Assembly (NCBI GenBank): GCA_029953675.1
Contig: JAMWBK010000002.1
Span: 744,001-808,000, forward strand
Reading direction: 5' to 3'
From: Rhodosorus marinus CCMP1338
Taxonomy: Eukaryota; Plantae; Rhodophyta
Length of the DNA stretch: 64,000 nt
In this document: in pieces, positions 51,501-63,590 of the stretch
Layout: each line of letters begins with the position of its first letter
Numbering within the stretch: the first letter of the stretch is position 1
Translations under genes and position numbers: made by a program
Notes under the pieces: generated by a model
Told to the model about the DNA's origin: nothing
The model's input: the letters and a program-made list of their open reading frames with translations, nothing else
Databases searched by the model: none

Positions 51501-53257
51501 TTTCTCAGCAGAGTCCGCAAGGAACTGCTAGGCCTGGGATTTCTGTTGGATTGCCTCATCGAAGATCTGCCGATCCTGCCTCAGTAGGTCAGACAGGAGC
51601 GAAACGTGGTGCACCAGCTTCATGGGCCCCTGCGGGTTCGAGTGGAAGCGGAGCATCGCACGCTGCATCACCGACCCCGCACAAGATAGCGCCGTCCATC
51701 GCGGATCTCAAATTTGCTTTTGAGGCTGAGCTTGCCCCACAAACTGCCAAGGACTTTCCGAGCACGATTGAGCCATTCATAGAACGGCTCATAAAGTGGA
51801 AGGGTATATTCCAGAAAAGGGTGGATTCTATGCCAGATGTTCAGCGGCTTGAGCTTCTATGGAGGATTTTTGCGGATACTCATAACGACGTAGAAGTGTT
51901 TGGCCAGTACTTGGACATCGATGACGAACCAAACTTGGATAACCATGTCAGGATCGAGCGCTTTTCGGCGGATGTGCAGGTCGTTCGAAGGCACGCAGGA
52001 GCGTCGCGGCGAGTGAAAATTTTTGGAAGCAATGGGATAGTCAAGAGTTTTGTGCTGGAGACTAGCGTGAACGCAGCGACACAGAGATCGGAAGAACGTG
52101 CTACTCAGCTCTGCAGGCTAATAAATCGCCTTCTCGACGGAGACTGCCAGACAAGGAAGAGGAGACTGTCTATGTCTGTGCCCGTGCTTGTGCCCACAAG
52201 TCAAAATACACGGCTTGTGGGAGATGATCCATCCGCAGTTTCTCTTTCGGAAGCGTTGGAGTGGTACATGGAGCGGAAAGGCGTCACCATGGATGAACCC
52301 TTGCTTATGTTCAGGAGTGCTTTTGCCCAGATATTTGGCCCTAAGAAAAGTCAACTCCCTGCAGGAGCTCAACCATCTAGGGAAACCTACCGCGCAGCTC
52401 GCCTGGATGCATTCAAAAAGGTCTGCGATGATGTCGTCCCCGACTACTGCTTAAGTTCATGGGTTGAGAAGAGCATACCGAACGCGAACTCTTTGTTTAT
52501 GTTGAAGAAGCAAGTTGCACAGGGCATCGGCGTCAGCGGAATTCTTTGCTACGCGTTGGCTATTGGATATAGGTAATCTAGCTCGTTTCGATCATTATCT
52601 ATTGATTTGTTCACTTATCGGATCTTTTGTTTCGACATGCTGTCACTACAGGAGGCCGCAGCACATTATGCTCTCGAGGAGAACAGGGAAAATCACTCAG
52701 TCGTTCATAAGAGCAAACGTTTCGCAGGGCATCGTTCAATTTGATGAATCCGTGTACGTACCGTTCAGACTAACCCGGAACATTCACAAACTACTCGGCA
52801 ACTTCCTCGTGGACGGCGTCATGTCACTATCTATGGTGGCCGTCATCGAAGCAATTCTTCGGAACAAATCATTGTTCTCCCACTATCTTCACGCTGTGCT
52901 GAGGAACGAGCTGATGCCTCGGGCACCTGGTCGTGGTGACAGAAACGTTGCAATTGGTAAGCCGAACTTGGAGCATTCACCTGTTAGAACAATTTTGTCG
53001 TTTATGTTTGTAGTCTTATTAGTTTGCTACGTTGAACCGATCTAGGGCATAACGATTTGGACGCGGTAGAAGACAACTTGGAAAAGAGCGTGCGATATGT
53101 CTTCAGAAGGTTGGAAGGATCGACGGACACCAATGCCGCTTCCGGTTCCACGCCCGCCCCGGTGAGCGCGATCTCTCGCGTAGAGGAATTACTGGCTTCT
53201 GCTCAGAACCAGCAGGCCCAAAGTCAAATGGAACCTAGCTGGCACGCTTGGTTCTAA
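36526..53257 (+). CDS. TRRAP: TRRAP/Tra1 (PIKK-family pseudokinase scaffold of SAGA/NuA4), multi-exon
   Basis: N-terminus RLKLVNEVRENIE...KPQF...RHLVLDILHR, ENEENAVICLRIIFDL, VKTVSFLSY, LGLTTLEFWIDNL, ILGKLGGRNRR. FAT region WIESAKQMSQWDML and WLPWIQQL. PI3K-like domain VPFRLTRNI and FATC end MEPSWHAWF*. Confidence 0.95.
49193..49369 (+). repeat. Coding 9-bp repeat (GCTCAACAA)n encoding (AQQ)n
   Basis: Directly visible tandem units within the long TRRAP exon. Confidence 0.95.
49385..49699 (+). repeat. Coding 9-bp repeat (CCAACGCAG)n encoding ~35 x PTQ
   Basis: 315 bp of near-perfect units; degenerate continuation to ~49880. Confidence 0.95.
50080..51220 (+). repeat. Coding 15-bp repeat (GCAACGCCTGCAACC/A)n encoding (ATPAT)n
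   Basis: About 1.1 kb of pentapeptide units with subtype blocks (APATP, ATATP, TTSVT). Confidence 0.95.
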
Positions 53258-54174
53258 CACGCGTCAGTCTTTTCATTCCTGTAAACGGTCTAGAAGGCTC
53301 CGCCGGTGGGGCTTCCTTTCTCAGAGCTACGTCTTAAGCTCTTGGATAAGCCAGGAGCCGAAAGAGACGATTTCTTTCTTTTCTCTCCTCTCCTTTGCGT
53401 CAGGTTTGAAATGTCCTTGAACCGAATAAAAATACCTTGAAAGCCAAAAACAGTAAGACTTTGAGAGCATCCCCAAGCTTTGTATAAAGTTAGGAGCAAG
53501 ATTCCAGCGGAAGGGGGATCAACATTGCAGCCCTTAGCGAACCGCGAAGTTGAAGAAGACCAGTCACTGCGGTTAGACAAGCGCTGACCTAACTAACCTA
53601 GAACATTATCTATGAAGGCTGTCCAAACAGAACAATAAGGACTTGGGAGCCTTCACGAAAGCCCGATTCTTGCAGGCTCAAGAGGGAGTCTAGACGTCTG
53701 TCCAAGTCGTTAAGCCTAGGCATCCCTTCGGCTTGACTCGGTTGCATTTCTCACTATCGAAGTTGTCGGCTTCTGATCCTAGTTAGGCTAATGCGAACTG
53801 AGCGCGGCTTTCAAGGCGCGCCTAAAGACAAAACTCAAGCCTGTATTCAGGTCTGCCACTTCGTACAAGCGAGTTGCAAAGTTTAGCAGACAAATGCGTC
53901 GTCTAGACGTCGGCCGAGTTTCGAAGTTTGGGGCTTTCTGCGGTTGCGTAAGTTTGCGTTGAACGGGTTGCTGTTCTCTTTCTCTGCTGTACGTTCGTAC
54001 AAAGACAAGAGCCAAAGCTTGCAAGGGGGTTGGTGGCGGGGGTGCTCAGGCTGGAAGGATGGATGTCTGTCTTCCTCGAAGGTCTCCTCGGAAGTAGAAA
54101 GTACTATGGGTGCCGTTGTGGCTTTGGTCTGGTGTATGGACTTGTTTTGAAGTGTGAAAGGCGATGTTGAGAGG

Positions 54175-55788
54175 ATGGCCAGGGACGACTGGTGCATTGG
54201 GTACGCTGTGTTGCCTGGGTTATCCTGCCGCAGGCCTTTTGGCACCGCTCGCGGTGGTTTTGTTCTTGTTCGATCGGTTGCAAGATCTCGACAGGGCTTG
54301 AACGCGTCTTTGGTGAATCACGTGCTTGAGTTAGCTCGGAATGGGGGGGACGAAAGTGAGTTTAGGGAGTATTGGGAGCAGGTCCATGGGTTTGACGAAC
54401 GAAACCAACTGCTACAGAGGGTTATCAAAGGGGGATCCATGGAATCGACGGAAAAATGCGTCTTCATCATGCTTCAAGGGGGAACCAAAGTATCGGTCGA
54501 CTCTATGAGAGCGCTGATGGAGTTGGCTCATGGGGACGTGGCCACTGTGCTGGCAATGCTCTCGAGATGCAGATCAAGCACTCAACCTGTACGGATGGGC
54601 TTCTATATGGCGCTTTTGGAGTCTGTAAACGGACGGGCAAGGGCCGAGCAAGTGGTGGACGAGATGGAAATGGTTTTCGGGTGTAGGACACGCACAAGCC
54701 TGGTTCTTTTATTTAAGAAATGTGCTGATGAAGGTGATAGGGACTCTATGGTGAGGATTCTGCAGGACTTTAGCCGATCGCAGTATCGAATTGATGAAGA
54801 GGTATATCTCTCGCTTTTGCGAACCATGCACAAGGCTTGTGGTTCGCTCGAGGAGGCTGTGACGAAGCTCTTACTCATTCTCAAAAGAAACCGCCTCGTT
54901 GACTCGAAGAGTGTTGAGCAGATCGGGAAAGCGCACCTCGATAGGGGCGAGCTGCATCTCCTGCAGATCATCTCGCAGAATTGTATACTTGAAGGGAGGC
55001 TTGCTGCGCTTATGGTACGCGCCTGCGCTGAGAAGGACGATCTCATGGGAGCAGAAATGATTGTGGATGAACTCGAGCGCTCCCGAGGCGGTTTTGGCTC
55101 TACATGTATTTTCGCCTACAACGCGCTATTGGAATCCTATGTAAAAGCCGATGATCTGGAAATGGTCAAAGAGACGTTTGACAGAATTCGAAGGTCTTCG
55201 AAACTAAAGCCAAACGCGAAGACGTTTCACATTTTGATCAACGCGTTCAGAGCAGATGGCGACCTTAGCGGGTGTGAGGCCACCGTGGAATCGATGATCA
55301 ATCACGGCATCAAGCCAAGGAGTGGCATTTTCAATACGCTGCTTAAATCCTATGCCGAGTCTGAGGACGATGTTGGTTTCGAGCAGTGCCTTCGGAGAAT
55401 GTCGCGGTCTAGGATTGCGCCCAATCAAGTCACCCACTCCATCGTGATTAGCTCGTACGGCAAGCTTGGATATCCGGAAAAGGGCGAGAAGTGGTTCAAG
55501 CGGATATTGGAGAGAAAGATTTCGCCTGATACCGTTGTATGTACCAGCCTAATGCAGTTGAGGATTGAGGACGATCGGCTGACTGATGCAGTGGAGGTGC
55601 TTCTGAAAACGATGCCTGAGCTCGGGGTGGAACCGGATGACGTTAGCTATCGAGCCGTTGTCCGGGCGCTGATCGGCAAGAACCACATGCAACATGCAAG
55701 GCTGCTTGCTAAGGAGGCCCGTGATCGAGGAATTTTCGTATTCGTGCCCAAGAGGAACACAAAAGTTGGTGAAGAGTACCTCTTCTGA
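54175..55788 (+). CDS. Pentatricopeptide repeat (PPR) protein, probably organelle-targeted, intronless
   Basis: 35-aa repeats: IFAYNALLESYVK..., KPNAKTFHILINAF, KPRSGIFNTLLKSY, APNQVTHSIVISSY, SPDTVVCTSLM, EPDDVSYRAVVRAL. Basic/hydroxylated N-terminus. Confidence 0.9.
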   Translation: MARDDWCIGYAVLPGLSCRRPFGTARGGFVLVRSVARSRQGLNASLVNHVLELARNGGDESEFREYWEQVHGFDERNQLLQRVIKGGSMESTEKCVFIMLQGGTKVSVDSMRALMELAHGDVATVLAMLSRCRSSTQPVRMGFYMALLESVNGRARAEQVVDEMEMVFGCRTRTSLVLLFKKCADEGDRDSMVRILQDFSRSQYRIDEEVYLSLLRTMHKACGSLEEAVTKLLLILKRNRLVDSKSVEQIGKAHLDRGELHLLQIISQNCILEGRLAALMVRACAEKDDLMGAEMIVDELERSRGGFGSTCIFAYNALLESYVKADDLEMVKETFDRIRRSSKLKPNAKTFHILINAFRADGDLSGCEATVESMINHGIKPRSGIFNTLLKSYAESEDDVGFEQCLRRMSRSRIAPNQVTHSIVISSYGKLGYPEKGEKWFKRILERKISPDTVVCTSLMQLRIEDDRLTDAVEVLLKTMPELGVEPDDVSYRAVVRALIGKNHMQHARLLAKEARDRGIFVFVPKRNTKVGEEYLF

Positions 55789-56117
55789 TTTCCTGATCAG
55801 CTGGATATGTCAAGGTGGTTCAAAACCACGCGCCCCTTGACCCTCCATCCCTCCATCAGTGGACTTCCCTGCAGACCAGCAGCAGGGGCAGAATCGGCTA
55901 TAGAAGCCCGAGTACGAGCGGGGATTCCAATCTTTATGTCTCTCTCTCGAAGTGGGGAGGACTCGTCATTGCCAAATTCCGTCGTGTCTGCCTCTGGGCT
56001 TCGAGCTCTCCTCAGTAGGAGTGCGCTTCATACGCAGTTCCTCCTTCGATTTCTTGGACGGCTTTTACCCGAGCTTGGCTACGTAGAACTATGTAACACC
56101 AGTATTGAGATAGGCAG

Positions 56118-56640
56118 TTAATGTACAGTAGAGTAAACATCTAGCGTATCTAGTCTTCTTCCAAAAGCCAGCCTAAACTTATGGACTAATTCTGTCATGG
56201 ATCGAACAGGGTTGCTCTTAGCGGACCCAAATATCAGTTCCACAGCGTTCCAGGCAGAATTGGGAGACCAGGAGAGCAGGCTCAGGCGGGGGGGGTTATG
56301 CTTGATTGCGGGAGTGTTACCACGAACGCCCTTGATGCTCTTTTCTCGTCTGTACAGTTCTTTGAATCTGACTCTCTGGCTGTATAAAGTTGCCTTAGTT
56401 CTGGAAGCGCGTGCGCGTTCTCTCTTTGTGTCCTTCAGAGAGTACATCAACTCGCAAGGACGCCGTACGCCTCCTTCGATCAGACCCGATCTGTTCCAGT
56501 AACTGACTCAGAGATTCTTGTATTGTCTTACCGGTTTGTCCCCATTTTTTCATCATCGAGTGCTTTGCTTGGTTTATAGTGTAGGTTCTCGATTGGCGCT
56601 GCGCGGGGCTCCCTTTTGTAGCGACCCAGGGCGCATCTTG
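56118..56640 (-). CDS. Possible coding segment of a hypothetical spliced gene
   Basis: Two open frames join in phase across gtaaga..aacag (56531-56491, only 41 nt); no recognisable domain; start and end unresolved. Confidence 0.3.
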
Positions 56641-58203
56641 ATATCCTACTCAAAGAACTGTCTTTTTTGACCCTCTGGCGTTAAAGAAATGGCTGTCTTC
56701 ATTGTTGGACACGCGTCAGTGGGGATCCCGGCATGGAGGAGATTGTAAGGTTGAGTGTGCGTGGGGTCGTGCATGTTGAATGCAACGCTCTCAGGAACAC
56801 GTTTGAGGACTTAACACTCCCTTGCCCCCTTGCGGTCCGGTAACTGCCTGCAGCATCCCCTCGTAGGCGTGCAGCTGCCAACTACTATGGCTTACCAAAA
56901 CGCTGGGGGTTTGCAGTCCGCCCTTCCTTATCGGTTTTTGTCCCATTCGCCACAGAGGTCTTTGGATTCTTAGATCGAGCTGGGGTGCTTGGTTTGCAGG
57001 AGTGTTACCGCGACCGTTCTGATCCCCTTTTCAGACTGAATGTTTCTTTGAGTCTGATTCTCTGGTTTACGGGGAAAACAAACAACCCCGGGGGTGGTTG
57101 TCCCACGAGAAGGAGGTACAGGTACCGAACCACAAGGGGACACGGGAACGTTAAGTACGTGTTCCTGATCCCGTTGGCGTCCCAATGACTAGACCCTCAA
57201 GTCTATGCGCACCAACCGTACCATCCTTAGTGACGGGATTCCACTGACGACGCGGCAGCAAGGACAAGTTGTTCGCAGAGCTGTCCTTGGGATGCTGGAA
57301 AACTAACAAACCGCGGGGGGGTGTCCCACCAGAGGGAAAGAGAAGCCACACACAGTGTGTGACTACTAAATCATCAGTAAGCTGTCTTTGCCGCTTCAAT
57401 GCTGCCCTAGGTTTGAATGCACCTTTCCTAGAGTACCTCAGTCGGGGACCTTAAGCCTCCGAATAATAACCGATGTGTGTGTGTGGTGTGTTAATGCATC
57501 CCAAGTCTGTTAGGGGAAGTAGTAGTTGCAGGGGTAGTAGTGAAGAGGTGAGAAAGAGAAAAGGGAGATAAAAGATAAATGTCAGAATTCAACCTTAGAA
57601 TTTTCAAGTCTTCGGAAGGATAGTTTTGTGGGTTGACGAAAGTTCCTGTCCCGGACGAGTGGACATCCACTGAGTGCTTAACGTTTGCTCGTGAGGTGTG
57701 GCTCGAATATTCGTCATTCGCTTGTCAAGATTGGGGTCGAATCGGGTGATTCTTCATTTTCCCCTCTAGAGGACCTGTTGGAGGAAGGATCGTCGGTACA
57801 CTTAGTTTTATGCTGTGCACTCGTCAACACTCTAGAGTCTGATTTCCGAATAGTGGTTAACAAAGTCTGACTAAGGAGATCGAAGCTCGACGGGTTTGGG
57901 AAGATCGGGTAGTGAGATCGATTGAGTGAGGATATATATAAATGAGGGTTGGGGGTTTGCCGAGGGAGGAAGGAGACTGTATGGGTGTGATCGGGTCGTT
58001 TTATGGTAACAGAGGTATTTGATGATGTTGTACGAGTCTGCGCATCAGCACTCCAAAGGTGGGGCGTTGTTGTTGTTCTCTGTTTCTTTTTGGTGTGGAT
58101 CATGGATTCGTGGGGTGCGGGGGTACAGCGTTGAAGGCGTGGGGATAGAGAAGTAGACCGCTGTCTTCACGTCGACTGAGGGAGGAAAACGGGTTTGGGC
58201 AGG

Positions 58204-61200
58204 ATGAAGGCCAATGACCAAGGATCGAGTGGATCGAGGATCTCTGGATTTGTCATTGGCACCGATGGTGTTGGAAGTGGACGAAGGGGTTTGAGAATAA
58301 GTCCTCGGAGTCTGCGAAGTGGATTTAGAGCGTGTAGAGGTAGAAGACTTGTCGTCAGGTCTTTGTCCGACAAATCGTCAACTGGTGAAAAACCGCGATC
58401 GCCGACGAGAAACAACCGCAGTGCCCGCGAAGATTTCAAGGGTTCCTTCGACTCGGAGCCACGCGACGAGGATGTTGTGCAAGCAGAGTACGAGATAGCA
58501 TGTCCAGATTACGTCAGGGTACGCATGCCTCTAGGTGAACCTTACGAACCTGGTGAGTCTGACGATGGCGACGGTGATGAGTCGATCATGTACAAACTGG
58601 AATGGCGGCGGAACCTTGAAGAGTGGAATATTTATGGAGATGGCACGTTTGTGTCCGAATCAAGGTACCTTGCTAAGTCTGAAGAAGTTTGGGTGTACAA
58701 ACCCGAAGCGATTCCCATCGATGAACTTGGGCTTGATGTGCTCCACCCAGGGTGAGTACGCACGGTTCGAGAGCAATTCCTTCCCTGAAGTTTGGTAGAA
58801 GAAAATGAGAGTCTGGCTAAGCGTTTCTCGTTTTCATTTTCCATCTGGATCACCTTGAATGTTTCAGGAGCTCATTGGATCAGGCACAGGTTGCAGCGAT
58901 CAGGGCCCTATGCGAGCGACGGAGCGTGATCTACTCTTCTCCTGAACAGGATAGCGAGCTGGTGATAGCTCGAGATGTTTCCTTGCGTTCGTTGCTAGGC
59001 GAAGGGAGGATGATCTATTGTAGTCCTAGTCGGAGGAAGACGGAGAGAGTTTTCGCGCTGATTGCGGAGACCATTGGGGAAGAAAATGTGGGCCTGGATC
59101 TCCACGACGTTCGCGAGAATATCGAGAGCCTTGAAAGGGACTGGCCCTGCGCTCTTATAGTCAGTCCAGAAATTCTACACGAAATGATTTTCAACGCTGA
59201 AAGGCGAGCGCTGCATAAAACCGATGTAGTCATCTTGGACGATTTCGTTCATCCGGAGCACTCGTATAGGCTGTGGGAGGAGATCATTGTGGCGATGCCT
59301 ACGAGAATTTTGGTAGCGTTGCTCTGTAAGCGACTGAGTGAGCGGGACATGGTAGAAATTCCGCTCTGGTTTAACCACGTCATGAACGCTTGCTGTAAGG
59401 CCTTTAGGTTAACTCGCGCGGTACCGTGTAAGGCGTTCGTCGTCAACGCCCTGACGGACACCTCACTTCGCCAAGTCCTAATCGATTCAGCTGGGAGGAG
59501 ATCGTATGAGGAGTTCTCCAGCGCTCTCCAGATTGCTGAGGAGGCCGAGGAGCAGGCTGACGAGGAAGTGTTGGCAACCACCGAAAAAACTGCGACCGAA
59601 GCTGCCGAGCGGTTGCTTTCGGGTAGACCTGGTCCGGCACTGACCCTTCGAGACAGTCTCATCCTGTCCAGTATGGAAATTGAATCAGATAGCGCAACAG
59701 TCGCGCAGATTCTTGTTCGTGGGGGTAGCAACCTACCCAATCCCAGAGTAGAGCGCCTTCCATTGCTTGCTCTTGTTTACGGAAGAGACGAGACGGAAAT
59801 GACCGTGCGCGCCCTTATCTCTGCCCTTCGCGGAGAGTCGATTGTTGACGTTGAGGATGAGGTATGGAATACAAGCGATTCGCACGTATGCGTCTTGCGA
59901 AAGGATACATGTGAATGTGGCTCAAGCTTGCCCGGCGGCAAACGAATAGTCCACTGTAGAAAACTAAGAATCGCTTGTTCCGTTTCTGCAGACGGCGATT
60001 AGAGCAGCGATGGCGAACGCAAAGGATGCTTTGGAGGATGCTGGAGCTATGACAGGTGACGTCGAAGAGTGGTTTGACAGCGCGCTTACTGGCTGTACAT
60101 GCATCCATAGAGGACTCTTGCCGGTGCAGAATGCTCTCGCAGACGAGCTTTTCCGGGCGAATTTGGTCAAAGTTTTGGTGGTGGACAGTTTCATTGGTAC
60201 GAGGGATTTATCGAACCTACCCGCCGCCAGGACGGTTGTTGTTGATGCTGTTACTATATCGCATCACGCAAGAGCTGGCAAAGGAGTCGTTCATGGATCA
60301 ATTGTAAAGGATATGGTGGGACGTAGGGGCGAGGATGAGGAAGGCATGCTTGTGGTATGCTGGGAGGATCAGGAGTTCACCCCGAATGAGATGGCAGTGG
60401 AAGCTGTTGCAGCGCTGACTTCTCCGTATCCCGTGGTCCTGGCCGAGGGCGTAGGCTCTCATCCCGTCAGCATTCTCAGAACGATTCATCGCTTCGGAGG
60501 TGAGGACTGGCAGCAGCTGTGGACTTTGAGCCTCGGAGAACTTCGCAGAAGTATCGACTGCGAGCCCCTTTCGGTGGAAAAGATCAGAAAGGAGCAGGAA
60601 CTGACGGACTTGAAACGGGAGCTCGGCGAGGTGGATTGGCTGAGCATGGCAAAATATGCTAGAATCGAGGCGAAATTACAGGAACGGGCGAGGATCTTAT
60701 CCGAGATGTTCAGCCAGATGAGTAACCTATGGGAACACTTTGTATATGAGACACTATTTATTGCTCCCATCGGCGCAATTGTCGGGCTGAAAATCCCAAA
60801 AGACGACGGGGAAGGAGAGGAAAAACGAACGGTTTATGGAGATAGGGCGGAAGCACAGGTAGGGTTACCCAATTACGAGCTCATGGACGAAAAAACGCAA
60901 CCTGCGGTGCTCGTCGAGGTACGCAGAGGTCCAGGTGGTGGTGATGACTACGCGATCGTGATCGGTTCGGACTCGTTGTTTGCGCGAGTGCCGCTGTCCT
61001 GCATCTATACCGTCGAGACGGAATACCAACCCATTACCGTTCCAGGTGAGTTCACAAGGTCCCAAATAGCTCAGTTTGTATCGCTTGCAAAGTTCCCAAG
61101 ATGGCAAGGCGTACACAAGTCTCACCTGTGGGGACTCCTCATGGCGTACGTGGTTGCTGATAGACCCGCTTCTTCCCTGTTTTTTTATTCTCTTCTTGTT

Positions 61201-62430
61201 GATACTGCGCGGCCCCCTTGTCGATCTAACCTAGACGATCTGCAAGTTCCTCTGGATGCTGAGTTCGATCTAACGTCGGAGTCATCTTGGGGTATCTGCA
61301 AGAGCGCGGACGCGAAGGCAAACAACCTCGCCGAAGCAGTAGCAAGCGAGCTGAGAAATCTGCAGGTAGTCTTGTTCAGGCAGTACCCTGGCGAGCTCGA
61401 AAACCAAATTGTGCGCTATGACAGGGCTCGTCGGGAGCTCCAGAGCAACCCCTGGTTCGGCATGGATGATGAGATGGCAAGACTTCGTCTTATGCGACGT
61501 GAGATGCTGATAAGGGAGAGGGATATTGGAGACCTTCAAAAACAAATCGACGTCGTTATGGAGGGTGCCCCACGGCGCCGATCCCTTCCGAAACGAGTAG
61601 AAGGACGTTTGCGTCTCCTAGACGAGCTGAACTGTACCTCCCCCGAGACTAAGGAAATTTCCCCAATGGGAATGGTTACGCTTAGCCTGTGCTGTGAGTC
61701 GCAGTTTTGGGTTATGGCCGGGATGATGCTAACAGACGCCGCCAAGTCCGACTGGTTCGAACTTGCCGGTGCACTCGTAGCGCAATGCTCAAACTTCAGC
61801 AAGACGCTGGGACATCTTTACGAGGGTGGTGAGTATAGGGAGGAGTTCTCTTCAGGCCCAGTAGTATCGCAGATGCTAGATCTCCGAGATAATATTCGCG
61901 CTGTAGAAGACAAGCACGAAATCGAACTCGACGGTCGCATGTTAACACCCTTAGACACGAGATTGTCCAGAATGGTCAGGAACTGGGTCCAACAGGATCA
62001 GTGGGAGGTAAGCTTATTACCAGCTGATGGGCCCGGGGGGGGTTGCTATAAGGTTGCCAGGAGGAGGCTAATCTGATGTTTAATGTTGTTCTTTTGCTCG
62101 TAGGCCGCTCTTCAGAGAGTTGACCTCGGAGGCCTCGGACCAGGGGACGTCGTTGAAGTCCTTCGGAACGCGATAGGTATCGCTCGTCAGTTTGCGGATG
62201 CGGAGCGACAGCCGTGGATTGTAGATGATCTGCAGCGCAAGATGCGGAATGTTGCGAAGGGACTTGACCGGATTCCAGTGAAGGACTTCGAGTTGCTGAA
62301 GGAAACAGATCGCCTTGTAGTACAGGCCAGGGAAGACACGCCGGACGTGGAAGACGTTCGGACCTGGTGGAGCAGTGGCAAAGGTCGGAAGGCAAAGAGC
62401 AGTAGGAAATCTCGGCCGCGAGAGACATAG
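58204..62430 (+). CDS. ISE2/HelY (Ski2-like) RNA helicase homolog with degenerate ATPase motifs; transit-peptide-like N-terminus
   Basis: Order and spacing of Ski2-like segments: QVAAIRAL..RSVIYSSP, RMIYCSP, IGEENVGL, VVILDDFVH, WEEIIVAMP, IHRGLLP..ELFRANLVKV, VGRRGEDEEG, and DSHCT-like GDVVEVLRNAIG. In-phase intron 58752-58867. Confidence 0.8.
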
Positions 62431-63315
62431 GTTTGTTTCTCGGTAGGGAGATGTGAATGAAGCAAATCCGGAGTTGAAAACTGAGTGAAAGCGGTTCAAA
62501 TTCTCCAACTTGTTCTGCAGCGCCATGCGCTTTCCCTGATGTCGCTTCATCCCACATCCATGATGTCGGTTCCCGCTTCCGCACTTCTCAACAGATCCGT
62601 GAAGCCTCTTTATCGGGTCTTAGTACGTCTGTACTCGCGCTGCGACAGGGTTAAATCCGCTATTCACAATGACCCTTGAGGCACAATCGTTCTTTTGTTT
62701 GTTTAGCACACCCCATTCCATTGTGGACCAACTGCCATTGAAAAGCCTTTCCCTGGCCTTATGTAAAGAAGCTTCGTTTCCGAACACATCTAGTATACAC
62801 GTACACCAGGACAAAACAACACCGGAGGCAATAAACGCACATCTATGACAAGCAAAGTGAATTTATCCGGCGTTGACTACCACTACGCTCGGCACTACCA
62901 AAGACGCAACTTTCTCTGCACGCTGCTCGAAACCGTTCTTTGCAAACTGGCCTTTTGCAGTTGTACGATCCCAGGCTTTCGCAATCTGCCAGCCATTCAA
63001 ACCCTTCCTTAGCTTTCATACAGGATTACCTCTGTCGCCAAAAAAAAAAGGGCCTTCTCTTCCGGCTCAATCCCCATTCCAACGGCCTGGTTCCTCCCGA
63101 GAGAGCTCCAATTCCATCCAAAGAATCCCTCGATCGCTTTCTCTAAGTATATTCAAAATAATTCCATTATTCAATTATTTCGAACACCAATCCAATCCTG
63201 TTACCTCTTCAAGAGACCGTTTCCTTGATTAATAAAAAGGAATAATTTATGTATATCACGAATTTTACTTCCATATTTCAAGCTCGTTGTAGAGATTTTT
63301 ACTGGTTTCCAACCT

Positions 63316-63577
63316 TGAAAGAAGCTGCACCAAGCGAACTTCGATGGTTTCTTTATTGGTTCCCCTGACCCTTGTGTTCGATATCTACCACTTAAGTATC
63401 CTACTATTCTATGGGGAAGATCGATACCTTGTACTGTTCAAACTATTTCAAATGTTTGAACCTCTATATGGTTTGTCTACCGTATGCTGTTTGCACATCG
63501 GTCCTACCGTATGTGTGACCATATGTGCTGGATGCTGAGAGCGTATCGTCACCGTTGATCGCGTGACCGTTTCAACA
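63316..63577 (-). repeat. Putative 3' LTR (~260 bp)
   Basis: Starts TGTTGAAA right after the PPT, contains AATAAA and plausibly ends ...CTTTCA at 63316. The distal end is uncertain because the 5' LTR is off-window. Confidence 0.6.
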
Positions 63578-63590
63578 CTCCCTCTCGCTC
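63578..63590 (-). other. Polypurine tract of the retrotransposon
   Basis: GAGCGAGAGGGAG lies directly after the pol stop codon and directly before TGTTG. Confidence 0.8.

Noticed and set aside
51700-53257. TRRAP kinase domain lacking catalytic motifs as a novelty
   Set aside because: TRRAP/Tra1 is an established pseudokinase.
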